Positions 39,498-52,493 of a stretch of DNA of 64,000 bases are shown here, one piece after another. The notes under the pieces were generated by a model. The model was not told where the DNA came from, did not search any database, and worked only from the letters and a program-made list of their open reading frames with translations. The position numbers and the translations under genes were made by a program. Origin of the DNA: Lama guanicoe (lineage: Eukaryota); NCBI GenBank assembly GCA_013239625.1, contig MU053472.1, positions 682,001 to 746,000 of the forward strand, in the 5' to 3' direction. Numbering within the stretch: position 1 is the stretch's first letter; each line of letters begins with the position of its first letter.

Positions 39498-42400
39498 AAA
39501 GATGGTGGGGTAGAAGAACACTTGTAGCTAACCCTCTCCCACAAATACACCAAAACTCACATCTATGGACCTACTCAGCCAACCAGAGCACCTGCCGAAC
39601 TCCGACAGAACATCGTCCTCTTTGAAAGACAAAGACGCCAAAAATCTGGTAGGAGAAAAGGGAAAAAGAAAGAAGAAAAAGCAAAACTGTGCAGGATCGA
39701 TCCTGGGAGGAGGGAGCGGCAAAGGAGGACTGGTGCTTGTTCGCTGCATCCCCCCCTCCAACAGAGAGTCCAGCAGGACAGAAGGGGAACCTCCAAGGCT
39801 CAGATCTGCCCCGAGCACCCCTTGACCGACAGAACTGAGTTAAACAGCCACAAAGGGTCCTCACGACACTCAGCCCAAGACGCAAGCCAGCAGCTGGGGC
39901 TGGGACAGGCCGCCGGAGCCGGGTGGAGGACTGGGCCGGCTGCACTGAGGCGGCCCTGGGGGACTGCAGGGTGCTGCGTGCCGTTGCTGGGAGGGGATAC
40001 AGAGTAGAATAACCTCGGTCCCCCATAAATTGTGAAAAAAAGCAAAGCAACACGGCTGGTGTGCCCTGGGGGGAGAGGCACTGTAGCCTTTGTCTCCTCA
40101 GACCTGCACCGCTATTACTGGCGCATCTCGCGAGAAGAGAAGCGGGGCGCAGCCACAGCCGTCACCTTCTTCTGTGTGCAGCCCCGGGGGAGGAGGGGCT
40201 GAGATCTGAATCCGCACCTGGGGGCTCAGCAACCTCCTAGGCTGGACTGAGACTTGTTTACAGCCCGAGGCAGATACTATCTTTCTGCCCTGGCACCTCA
40301 GAGAACTCCTGCCGCCAAGACAAACAAGGAGCTGAGATTTGGCACAGAGCAGGGAGCGGGGCTGTTTCGTGGTCTTCCCCAAGCCCGCCTTCGGAGCGCT
40401 GACCCACCCCAGGCGGAGCCAGCAGCTGCACAGAGCAGTGGAGTGACCGGCGACAGGAGAGGGCGGGCAGCCACCCTCCTTCCTGGCAGGAATGCAGCAC
40501 CTGACCATGGTGCTGGGAGAGGGCGCAATCTGCCCACCTGCCTCCCCAGCGCAGCATCTGACTGCGGCACTGGGAGTGGGAGTGACCCGCCTGCCCACCG
40601 GGTAAGAGCTCAGCTCCTGACCCAGTGTTAGGAGGGGGCACAATCTGTTAGCCAACAGCCACTAGGAGCAGCACAGATGAGGGCACCAACAGAGAGCCTC
40701 TGGAAACAGCAAGCTGAGTTCACGAAACAGGGCAAAGACACAAAGACCTCTCAATAAAATCATTAAGAGCACACCATCTCCAGGAGAACTAGATAACTGA
40801 TACTCCTTAAGCCACAGTGCCAGAGAGATATGAGCAATATGAAGAAGCAGAGGAACCACTCCCAATCAAAAGATCAAGAGAAATCCCCTGAAAGCACGAT
40901 CAAGGAAATAGACATTGATGGCCTACCAGATCAAGATTTCAAAAAAGGACTGACCAAAGTACTGAAGGAACTAAAAGAAATAGTATTTAGAGATATAAAA
41001 TATGTCAAAAACGAAATAGAAGCTATAAAGAAGAACCAAGTAGGATTAGTAAACTCATTTGCTGAGATGAGAGCTGACCTAAAGGCTTTACAAAGTTGGC
41101 TATCTAACGCAGAGGAACGAATAAGTGACCTAGAAGACAGGAAAACAGAAAGCACCCAGTCAGAACAGCTGAGAGAAAAACAAATAAAAAACAATGAAAA
41201 CAATATAAGGGACCTATGGGATAATATAAAGTGTGCCAATCTACGCATAACAGGGGTTCCAGAAGGGGAAGAAAGAACAAAGGGGATTGAAAGGTATTTG
41301 AAGAAATCATGACTGAAAACTTCCCAAACCTAAAGGAATCAGATATCCAAGTACAGGAGGCTCAGAGGGTCCCAAACAGGAAGAACCCAAACAGACCCAC
41401 ACCAAGACATATCAGAATCAAGATGGCCAGAGTCAAGGATAAAGAAATGATCCTAAAGGCAGCAAGAGAAAAACGAAGAGTGAATTACAAGGGAACCCCC
41501 ATAAGGCTCTCAGCTGATTTCGCTACACAAACACTACAGGCCAGAAGGGAGTGGCAAGATATATTCAAAGTCCTGAATGAAAAAAAGATGCAGCCTAGGA
41601 TATTCTACCCAGGGAGCCTATCCTTTAGAATAGGAGAGATAAAGAACTTCACAGACAAGCAAAAACTAAAAGAGTTTAGCAACACTAAACCCATGCTGAA
41701 AGAAATATTCACAGGTCTACTCTACATAGAAAAGAAGCAGGATACTACAAAAATGAAAAACTCATAATTGGAAAGGAGATAAATGCCATGACTTACAAAA
41801 AGAATAAACACAAAACTGTAAAAGAAGACATCTAAATCAGTAAGAGTGGGAAAGGGAAGCAAGGAAAGCCACTGTGGAAAACAGTATGGAGATTCCTCAA
41901 AAGACTACGAACAGACTTACCATATGACCTAGGAATCCCACTCCTGGGCATATATCCAGAAGGAACCCTACTTCAAAATGACACCTGCACCCCAATGTTC
42001 ATAGCAGCACTATTTACAATAGCCAAGACACGGAAACAGCCTAAATGTCCATCAACAGATGACTGAATAAAGAAGATGTGGTATATTTATATGATGAAAT
42101 ACTATTCAGCCACAAAAACCGACAACATAACGCCATTTGCAGCAACATGGATGTTCCTGGAGAATGTCATTCTAAATGAAGTAAGCCAGAAAGAGAAAGA
42201 AAAATACCACATGAGATCGCTTATACGAGGAATCTAAAACAAACAAACAAAACATAAATACAAAACAGAAACAGACTCACAGACATAGAATACAAACTTG
42301 TGGTTGCCAAGAGGGCAGAGGGTGGGAAGGGACAGACTGGGATTTTAAAATGCAGAATAGATAAACAAGATTATACTGTATAGCACAGGAGAAAATATAC

Positions 42401-42560
42401 AAGATCTTGTGGTAGCTCATAGCAAAAACAAATGTGACAATGAATATATACATGTTCATGTATGACTGAAAAATTGTGCTTTATACTAGAATTTGACACA
42501 ACATTGTAAAATAACTATTACTCAATAAAAAAAGTTTTAAAAAAATCAAATTTAAACACA
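39498..42560 (+). mobile_element. Young lineage-specific LINE-1 derivative: CpG-rich 5'UTR, ORF1, end of ORF2, 3'UTR and A-rich tail; nearly all of ORF2 missing
   Basis: Starts 'aagatggtggggtag'; GC/CpG-rich 5'UTR to about 40820; ORF1 at 40830-41767; abrupt switch at 41869 to the ORF2 C-terminal motif 'ccactgtggaaaacagtatggagattcctc'; ends 'ctcaataaaaaa' plus A-rich tail. Flanked on both sides by contiguous L2 sequence. Confidence 0.92.
40830..41767 (+). pseudogene. L1 ORF1p (coiled coil, RRM, CTD), broken by one frameshift near 41290
   Basis: Track ORFs 40830..41312 (..AEERISDLED..NIRDLWDNIKCANLRITGVPEGEE) and 41309..41767 (ENFPNL..QEAQRVP..RPTPRHI..ILKAAREK..YKGTPIRLSADF..LQARREW) are consecutive halves of ORF1p. 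Restoring one A in 'gaaaggtattt' gives ..EKVFEEIMTENF... Confidence 0.93.
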
Positions 42561-42871
42561 AAAAAATTTTTTTAAAATAGCCAAAAAAAAAAACCCACCA
42601 AAACAAAAAACTCTTTCCTGATCCTCCACACCCTGTTCCAGCTATTGCCCCATTTCTCCCCTTTAGAGCAAAGCTCAAGACTGTCAACACTCACTGTCTG
42701 CAACTGTTCTCCCTCCATTCTCTCTTGAACCCACTTCATCACTCTACCAAAACAGTTTTTATTAAGGTCACCAATGCCTTCCGCATTGCTGAAACAAATG
42801 GTCAATTCCCACTCTTTATCTCACTTGATCTGTCTGCAACATTTAACCTAGTATGTCACTCTCTTCTTAAA

Positions 42872-45000
42872 AAAAATAGCTTTATTCAGATATAACTCAC
42901 ATACCATACGATTCATCAATTTAAATTGTACCATTCAACGGTTTTGTATATTCAGAGAGTTGTGTAACCACCACCACAATCAATTTTAGAATATTTTCAT
43001 CACTCCCAAAAGAAACTCATTACTCATCAGCTGTTACTCCCTATTTTATCCCCAACATCCCAGCCCTACGCAACCACCAGTCCACTTTTCTGTCTCTATA
43101 AACGTGCCTGTTCTGAATATTTCATAAATCATATAACACATGGTCTTTTGTGAATCACTTCTTTCATTTAACTTAGCATGACGTTTTCAAGGTTTACCCA
43201 TGTTGTAGCAAGTATCAGTACTTCACCTTCTTTATGGCTGAATAATATTCTACTGCATGGATATACCACATTTTATTTATCCATTTATCACTTGAGGGCC
43301 ATTTGGGTTTTTCCTTTGTGGCTATTATGAATAATGCTACAACTGTTCATGTACAAGCTTTTGTGTGGACATATGCTTTCATTTCTTTTGGGTATACACA
43401 CAAGAGTAGAATTGCAGGGTCATATGATAACTCTATGTTTAATGTTTTGAAGAATTACCACATTGCTTCCCATAGAGGGAGCATCAATTTATATTTCCAC
43501 CAGCAATGGACAAGGGTTCCAAATTCTCTATATCCTCCCCAAACTTACTATTTCTCTTTATTGATTATAGCCATTGTAGTGGCAAAAAGTAGTATTCATT
43601 GTGGTACTGACCTGCATTTCCCTAAAGACTAATGCTGGTGGGCATCTTTTCCTTACAGGTCATTTAAATATCTTCTATGGAGAAATGTTTATTCAGGTAA
43701 TTTGCCATTTTTAAGCGTTTTTTTTTTAAATTGAGTTTTAGAGTTATTTATATATTTTAGATACCAGTCCCTTATCAGATACATGATTTACAAATATTTT
43801 CTCCCATTCTGTGGGTCTTTTCACTTCCCTGATGGTATCTTTTGAAGCTCAAAGTTTTCTATTTCAGTGAAGTCCAATTTATTTTTTATTTTATCATTTG
43901 TGCTTTTGTTGTCATATTTAAGAAACTATTTCCTAAGCAAAGGTCATGAAGATTTACTCCTATATTTTTTTCTAAAAGTTTTACAGCTTTAGTTCTTTTA
44001 TTTAGGTATATGATCCATTTTGAGTTAATTTTTGTGTAGGTATGAGGGAAGGCTCTGACTTCATTCTTCCGCATGTGGATAGCCAGATATCCTAGCATTA
44101 TCTGTTGAAAAGACTTCTCTCCCCATTGAGTTGTCTTGGCACCCCTGTCAAAAATCAATTGACCATAAATGTAAAGGTTTATTTCTGGACTCTCAATTGT
44201 ACTCTATTGATCTATATGCCTAACCTTATACCAGTACAACATCTTGATTACTGCAGCTTCGCGGTAAGTTTTGAAATTAGGAAGGATGAGTCCTCCAACT
44301 TTGATCTTTTTCAAGATTGTTTTGGCTAGCCTGGGTTCTTGGCATTTCCATATGAATTTTAGGATCAGCTCATCAATTTCTGCAAAGGCAGCTGGGATCT
44401 TGATAAAGACTGTGTTGAGTCTGCAGATCAATTAGAGGAGCACTGTTTTACTAACAGTATTAAGTCTTCCAATCCATAAACATGGGATAGCTTTTCATTT
44501 ATTTAGGTCTTTTAAAATTTTGTCCAGCAATGTTTATAGCTTTCCACATACAAGTCTTTCACCTCCTTGGTTAAATTTATTCTCAGTTATTTTATTCTCT
44601 TGGATGCTATTATAAATGGAAGTTTTAAAAATTTCCTCCTCAGATTGCTCACTGCTGGTGTATAGAAGCACAACTGATTTTTGTGTTGTTCATCTTGTAT
44701 CCTACAATTATGCTGAATTTGTTTATTAGATTGATTAGTATTTTGGTGGCTTCTTTGGGATTTTCTATGTATAGAATCATGTCATCTACAAGTGAGAGTT
44801 TTATTTCTTCTTTTCCAATTTGGATGCCTTTTATTTCTTTATCTTGTCTAACTGCCCTGCTAGAATCGCAAGTACAATGTTGAATGCTAGTGACAAGAGT
44901 AGACATCCTTGCCTTATTCCTAATCTTAGGGGAAAAGCTTTCAGTCTTTCACCACTGAATAGGATGTTAGCTATGTTACTGTACAAAACTGAGGAGAAAC
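42872..45000 (-). mobile_element. Old L1 (L1MA/L1MB-type) 3' region with degenerate ORF2 RT/C-terminal fragments
   Basis: Minus-strand ORF fragments '[19 protein letters not shown]', '[27 protein letters not shown]', 'ILPNFKTYREAAVIK', 'YTKINSKWI'. The 3' end reads 'agctttattcagatataactcacataccata' on the + strand. Confidence 0.92.
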
Positions 45001-48000
45001 TTGCTCTTATTAGATGATACAAACTCCCTGGGCAGAGATTGTCTTAATTAGTCTTTATAAAGCTAGCATCTGGTGTAACAATTGGTAACTGAACAAAGTT
45101 CGTAACTGCACAAAAGTGATACACGTGAACTGTCAAAGAGTACAAAGAGATACACTGGATCTTCAATTTTCTAAACAGGTACAAGTCTGAAAAGGAAGCT
45201 CTAAAATGGATTTTTAAGTGTGTCAGATCAAAAGGCAGCATAATATGCTAGAAAGAAAATCAAACCAGAAGCAAGAACACTTGGGTTTCAATGTCTAAAG
45301 TGAGGTGATCCTATACAAGTCACTTACTTCCTCTAGGCTCTAGTCTGTAAAAAAGGCAGTTTGGACTTTATGATTTTCAAAGATGCTATCTAACTTCAAA
45401 GGAATTATGTTCTATTCTAGATCTACAATACACATACGTTTTATAAGCTGCTTATTAATTTCCCCTTTCTATGCTAAGTCACTGTCCCTACCATTTACTT
45501 TAAAGGAGCTATACACTGAATAAATTGAACAAGAAGACATCATGCCCACTTCAATGGAACAGGTAGTGTTCCCCATTCCCAAAACACCAAAGTCTTCACT
45601 TGTGTCTACTAACATACCGCTGGACTCCTGTGTTTAATTTACACTCATGCAGCTGACACTGAGCTTATTGATAGTACTGAAAAGGCCATTTCCACTCATG
45701 TTTGAAAAGTTTCTTCAATAGTTCTAGACCAATTCTTATCTCTTTCCTAACTGACTCCATCAAATGTACAGTTTTAGGCTTTGCTCTGAGGTTTTACCTT
45801 TGTCTCAACAAAACAGTAGTACTGAAGTCACGCTCTGGTGTTTTTTAAAGCAAGGAAACCAAAAGAAATGAGGGCCAGTCGTGTGTGCCTTCCCTTGACG
45901 CTGCTGTTTGATGAAATTTCTGGACCCTGCATTTAAAATGTGGCTTATGGCCTCCTGTTCCATGCAGCCACCACAATAGTAAGCCCACACCAGCCATCAA
46001 ATGCCAACATCGATGTTGTATTTGGGTCTAAACACTGACAGACAGACAACGGCAGCACAGAAACTAAGGTGTACTGCAAATCAAATTCTCTGACTCATGG
46101 TCAAAAAATAACCTTGTAATTATTAAAGCTGGGGTTTAACTGGATACTGATACTGGTATGGGGTTTGTTTGGTTTTTTTTAATACCTTTACCATGTCTTA
46201 AGAACCTAATTGATTAACTCTCTGCTATATCTTCAACCGTAATTTCAATTTTCAAATTTATGTATTTCACTTAGATATTCTCTCTAACAAAATCACCATA
46301 AAGGTCTATATGTAATAAGTTTCATCAGACTTTTAAGAAACACTATCCACACCTCAACGGCAACACTTCAAAGTAAATCTAAAAATGAAATACTGCTCTG
46401 AACAGAAGGTATCTCTTTTTCAACAACAAGTTAAAAGGAGCAGGTTCAAATCAAACTTAAAGCATGTTATTAGCCATCAACTGAACCACTAGAAAGATAC
46501 AGGCCAACAAGAATCCTGTACTGCCATTAACCGTAGGAATGGCTTCACACATTGTTATTCACACTAAGCTCTAAATGCATACAATTAAAGCTACCCACAT
46601 CAGGCTGTCCATATTAATCACTCACCAATTTAATTAAGGTAAACCATCTTGTCAGAAAGCTTGCCTCTTCTCTATTTCTTAACATTACTGACCTTTAATA
46701 GTTCACCGAATTAGTAATTACTTACTTATGGCATTATCAAATGTCTTAGATACAAAAATCCAGCATGTGGCAAGGTCAGTTATAGACATGTCCTGATGGC
46801 AAATGAAAGGAGAAATTTAACCCATCAAAGCGGTCATCAAAAGAACAGAATCTATTATGTCTTTCTCTAGACACTCCTGGTTAAATACAAAGTGACAGGA
46901 CAAACCAGATCAAAACTAAACAGAGCTAGAAGCAACATACAAAATCCTAATGAACCCTCAGAAATCCAGGTATTGATCTGTCAATATCTAAGCTCAATTA
47001 GTCTTTCCAGAACAAAATGCCTCATAAGGTGACAAGAAACTAGTCTGAGGTCCAGGATATGACAAGAATAAAACTAGTCACTTTATATAGTTTATTGCTA
47101 AGTGCAGTCATATCTCAATATGGAGATCTTGTGAGGATTAAATAAAGATGGTGTCAAGTACCTATCTACTCAATCCAGGAGCTGGCATATATCTAGTGTT
47201 CAGTAAATGCTAGTCCTCTGCCAATCCTTTGAGAACCCAGGCTTATCAAGTCAAAGTGCAACTGATTGTTTAAAAAAGCAAAACAAAACAAACAAAAATT
47301 TTAAATGGTGATACAGACAACACATCTTAAAAGCACTTAATGTTAAAAAGTAGGAAACAGGGTGATGAAAATGAAAAATCAGGTACTCGAAACATTTCTG
47401 AATGGCTCGCCCTTCGTGGTCATTTGCACGTTGTATGCAACCTTCATGTATGCAACTGTCTCTAGGGATGAGCTGTGACAAGAAATAAGCCAAAAAGCAA
47501 ACTAATTCCGTGAGGAGTGAGACTCGGCGCTGCCTGCAGCAGGTGACACTTTCTCTCCTAAAATCACCACCGCTGGGCACACTGAAGGATCTCAGCAACT
47601 CCAGTTTCCAAACAAGCCAGCAGCACAAGTATCAGGCTAATTTTTTCATTAGAATTGTTAAGAAACAGGAGTTCAATAAATCATTTGCCTTCTAAGGAAA
47701 AAAATTACTTTCTAACACACATAATATTTCTTCTGGTTCTAAGAAAATGAAGCTTATTTATTTACAAACTGAAAACTGTAATACTACAGTGATGCCTTTA
47801 TGGCTCATAAATGAAATATTTAAGAAATAAAGGTGTGGGAAGAACAGGACTTGGCCTAAGAAGTTCTTGAGATCAAGTACTAGTGTTGCCATTTACTATA
47901 TGACTTGCAGGCAGTAACAACAGCTCAGGGGCTCAGTTTCTTGAGGTTTTTTTCAGCTCAAAAATGATAATGATTATTTATGACATCTGATACTCTTCAG

Positions 48001-48439
48001 TGCCCCCCTCTACATATGTGTTTATATACACACAGACACATACATATGTACATGTATCTTTACTAAATAATGCAAACATGTTTTTAAAGCTGTAGTAACT
48101 TAAGGCCCATTATGAAACAAAGAGATGAGTATGTGCGTACTGGGTGTTCTGACCCCGAGCACCGTTCTCAGTGCTTAGGGCATTTACACAGTCCCATGAC
48201 ACCTGAATTAACCAAGTAAGCCTTTAAACCCTTACAATGAAACATTAAAATTCAATGTGGCTATAATCTCTTCCTTACAAAACATGGACCCAAAGAGTCT
48301 GGCTTCAAGTATGGTTTAAAAAAAAAAAAGGCAAAATGTATTATATTCACCACCCAGCTCTTCCATATGACCACAAAGAAAAACACAAATGAAAACTCAC
48401 AGGCCCATTGTAATAGATTGTACCACTTCTGAATGCAAC

Positions 48440-49620
48440 ACTTAGCTCAGGCTTACTACCCTGACAAATAAAGGAAAGCACTTTATGAAGCCAATTTAAT
48501 TGCGAGGTGACAGAAAACATACAGCCGTTTTCTTTAGCCTTATCATTGAATTGGCTTCAGCTCCAATCTCAGGCAAATCCCACTCAACAGAAGAAATTAA
48601 CCAGGTCAGCAGAACAGGTGCTACGTTGTGTCTGTCAAGGGCCTGGCATCACCACAATTACTTGCACACAATGAAGCAGTAATCTTTACAGATCATCTCT
48701 CCCAAGAAGCATACTGGGGAGGGGGAGGAAAACTGAAGGGAGGCGGCGGGGGGAAAGTGGGAAGAAGAGGAATAGGAGGCAAAGAGAAAAGGCAAGAAAA
48801 GAAAATAAATGTGCAGCTGCCTTGCGGCTCAGCAGATGTCGGGATGTGATGTACGAGGCTAGGATAAGCTGTCGTAGCCTGCTGCCAAAGAGTGGTAAGT
48901 GATTAAAGCCTGCACAGTTCTAAGCACCATATTTAGAATCTGCGGGGTTTCAAGACTTGCACCCATTCCTTGCTGTGCTGCCAGATGTTGGCAACTGGTC
49001 CAGTTCCTACCAACTGTGCATGGATGGCAGCAGTTGGTATGGCAGCAAAGCAATCTGGAATGCTTCCGGAGATGCTGTACATTAACAAGTGTCACCCATC
49101 ATTCACCTTTACAGAAGGCTGAAACAACTCCAATTTGCTGCCACTTCCCTCTTGGGAAACAGCCAAGATAAAGTTGCGCCTGGCAGCCCCATTTGTTTCA
49201 CTCAGGTGTTTCAGCTGCCTTGCTGACCTCTATTAGTTTAAGTTTTAATTTAGATTAACCCCAGCACCCCAATTAACCAGCAAGGGGAAAAGCTAAGATG
49301 TGACTAGTCATAACTGAAATCAGAATTTATCGAAGTTAAAATTATTAATTGGGATGAAGGGCCAATCAAGTAATGCTATTTCTTTTTTAAGCAGACCTCC
49401 AGACCAAAAAAAAAAGAAAAAAAAATCTTTCAGAGTAAGGATTGCCAGTGGAAACAACTGCTCCCCAGTAATTTCAGTTTATTTTTATTAAGCCTATTTA
49501 ATTTATGATGCACTTTCCATCGAACAATGTACACTTCAATTAATGAAGACTGGAACATTTTTGATTGTCTCCCATGATCTCACACAATCACACAGCATTA
49601 ATATCCCGTATAAGGTACTT
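48440..49620. promoter_or_regulatory. Candidate conserved enhancer cluster in AATF intron 8
   Basis: Largely repeat-free; dense TAAT/ATTA sites, SOX-like AACAAT/CACAAT, repeated aattaaccag. Conservation not computed. Confidence 0.45.
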
Positions 49621-50887
49621 CCTTTAGACATTCCAGAACAAATAGAGTTCCCTGCTCTTCTGACACATAGACATAAGAGAAAAAAAAAAAAAAAAGGAAA
49701 AAAGAATCAGGACCTCTGACCAGGAACACCTGAGGCCACACCGATCCTCCTTCCTACCCTCTCATTACTTTTAAGACTCACAGCAATAATTCTACTGAAG
49801 ATTATGGAAAGAATAGCAAGATTAATAAAAAGTCTCTTTTTTTTAGGGCAAAGTCAGAGGCATCTTCAGTACAGAATCACTTGTTCTACTGACTTTACAG
49901 TGTAATTTTCCTAAGTTCCTCCCTTTGTATTACATATTCTAGATTGTACAACCATCACGGCTAAACCTTCAACAAGCATTTGCAAATTCTTTGGCAAAAG
50001 TTAACACACTAAAAATTCAGCAGAGACAGAAATTATCTTGATAAATAATGGCTCAACAAAAACTGGTATATTGCTGCTGAACAGCATCCTCGACTTTCCA
50101 GAGCTGGAAAAGGCACATCCTAAAGCACGTCATTAAGAAGTATGACTTTTCCAGAGACCCAAGATTACAGGAAATTATTTTAGTTCTTTAGGATAGCCCC
50201 AGTGTTGAGTCTACTTTAAGTCACCACCATTATCAAAAAGAGCAGCATGACAGCAGATAATAGTGTTAGGGAAAGAACTGAGGGATGTTTGTGAAGAGAT
50301 ATTGAAAACTGGACCACATTTCAACTTCCATCAATTCTTTCCATCTTCAAAGCACTACACTATTATTATAACCAAGAGTAGCAGACAATCTTAATACATA
50401 CTTAACTGGTTTGAACAGGCACACATAAACAAAAAAATTATAAGACAAGAGACTTAATAGAACTAGAAGTGCAATTCAAGAACTCTGGGATCCCAGCTCA
50501 TTAGCTCCATGTCCTTATCTAATAGCAATAGGACAAGAAACCAAATAGCTAACAAAAAAACCCTTCATTAACTTCAACAAAAGCAGCTGAGAGGGAATAA
50601 ACCACCTGATGCAAAGAAGTTGAAACTGTTTTAAAAATAATTTACACTCTGCAAAAAACCAACAAAGTAGCTGTGGCAATTTTCATTTCAAAAGGAAAAA
50701 TATAACAATATAACACAAAAGCAAAGCAATAGATCCAGCACTACACAGTAAGTCAATTCTGAACACAGGAGTTCTGTCTGACTCTGTCCTTCCAAAGAAA
50801 GCTACTTTTTGGTCAGAGAATTCTATCAGCTGTTTTAAAATGATGAAATTTGTTTTGCAAAAAAAGAAAAGAGTGTAAAAATCATAC

Positions 50888-50971
50888 CTGGTGGTAAAAG
50901 TCATCATCATCAAAGATTTCTTCATCCAAGTCCTTCAAGTGGGCATTGGCAGGGGCTTGAGGAAGGATCTC
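50888..50971 (-). CDS. AATF: AATF coding exon (exon 8 equivalent), 84 nt; start of the C-terminal TRAUB domain
   Basis: atatag|GAGATC...CACCAG|gtatga; EILPQAPANAHLKDLDEEIFDDDDFYHQ. Confidence 0.97.
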
Positions 50972-51079
50972 CTATATCAATGAGAAGAAAGGAGAAAGTG
51001 AATCCCAATAAGGTTACCAAAGTAACGTAGCTACTATAAATAATGTGTGTAATAGTCAAAGCACTGTTTTCCTTAAGGT

Positions 51080-51875
51080 ATAAAGAGCTCTTAAAATTAA
51101 AGAACAAAATGCAATTGAAAAATGGACCCCCCTCCAAAATGGACAAAAACATTAATAGTCACTTGATGGACAAAGAACCACAGTCAATAATTACATAAAA
51201 ATAAATTTAATCTCAATCAAATTAAATACATGCAAAATAAAGTGAGATGATACCATTTTTCACCTCTAAAACTGACTATCTTCAATATTGGAAAACACAG
51301 TTGGTGAGACTGGGAAGTCATGCAGCCTTTTGGAAGCAATCTGACAACATCCATCAGGACTTAAAATGCATATTCTCTTTGATGTAACATTTCCACTTTG
51401 AGAAATCTATCCATATTTCACACAAATACAAAAATACAAATGCTCAGGGATGTTTCCTGCAGCACTGTTTCTAAAACTAGGCACAGCATAAATTTATCCA
51501 CTGTTTAAATAAACTATAGTACACAGCCATACAACAGAACACTCTACAGTCATTAGGAAAAGTGAGGTAGATCTCCATGGAATGATAGGGAAAAGTACCT
51601 AGGATGATTTAAAGTTGTAAGATTTTATGCATAGTTTATAAAACTTTCTATATTTATACAGACACATATACATGCATCTCATTTAGTTACAAAAAGACAA
51701 CCACATTTTTATATATGTTTATGTATTATATGTGTGTATACATACATAAAATAAACAGAAATATCTGAAAGCTTGTTACAACTATCAACATTGGTTAAGT
51801 GTGAGGAATGGAATTTTCAGACTGGGGGAGTTTCACTTTTCATTTTAAATTCCTCTGAACTTAAAAAAATCATTA
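51080..51875 (+). mobile_element. Degenerate L1ME-type 3' relic in AATF intron 7
   Basis: 'aaaatggacaaaaacattaatag...atgcaaaataaagtgagatgataccatttttcacct...cagccttttggaagcaatctgaca...aaaatgcatattctctttga'. Confidence 0.7.
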
Positions 51876-52328
51876 AGTACATATTTTTACTATAAATAAA
51901 AGAGTTTCCTTTAGACAAAAGAATCTGACTAGTGCAATTTTAGATCCTTTTCTGGAGAGCATCTAAACATCTGAAGGAAAGCCTAAAGTATACACTTGCT
52001 TCAATACTGGCATCTCTAAAGAAGCAGCTTCAAAACTGAATCTTAAAAGCTAGATTACAAATGCTTCCATTACCGGACTCATATCAAGCTCAAAATTAAG
52101 AGAAGATTACACACAAGTTAATAGCTCCATTAAAAAAAAAAAAAAAAACTTTCTCCTCCCACATATTCTCAGTTTCTCAACAATCTAGTAAAGTAGTGCT
52201 TTTTCCCCTTTCTTTCACTAACTCCTTATACCAAGAGCAATTGCCCATAAGTAGGTGATCAGATTTTTCAGTTAATTAGCCTCACAGAAACTGCTCCCCA
52301 TAATCACCGTGCATCTCAGAGTTCTTAC

Positions 52329-52493
52329 CGGCTGTCCTGGCAAATTCTCCGGGACAGGCTGTGCTGCCGGTTCAGGTTTGCCAAGAACTCGGTAGACAGA
52401 GCGTTTGGTCTGTGTCCTTCGAAGTAATCTTTCCTTGTCCATCAGAATATGATCAATCTGAGTCAAGATTGAGCGTTCAAAGGCACCAAAACC
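52329..52493 (-). CDS. AATF: AATF coding exon (exon 7 equivalent), 165 nt
   Basis: ttgcag|GGTTTT...CAGCCG|gtaaga; [55 protein letters not shown] (inside track ORF 52272..52505). Confidence 0.97.

Larger units (their letters stand above)
38460..42870 (+). mobile_element. LINE-2 relic split by the MER46-like and young L1 insertions (L2 parts about 38460-38687, 39020-39490, 42610-42870)
   Basis: Left part ends 'ctctactagatcatttccatcag...atcttaaaa'. Right part resumes 'ctctttcctgatcc...ccagctattgccccatttctc...aaggtcaccaatgcc...aatggtcaattc', contiguous in the L2 consensus as recalled. Confidence 0.8.

Noticed and set aside
39528..40865. Cluster of ORFs up to 185 aa on both strands (possible ORF0-like)
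   Set aside because: They lie in the GC-rich L1 5'UTR where stop codons are scarce; no supporting signal.
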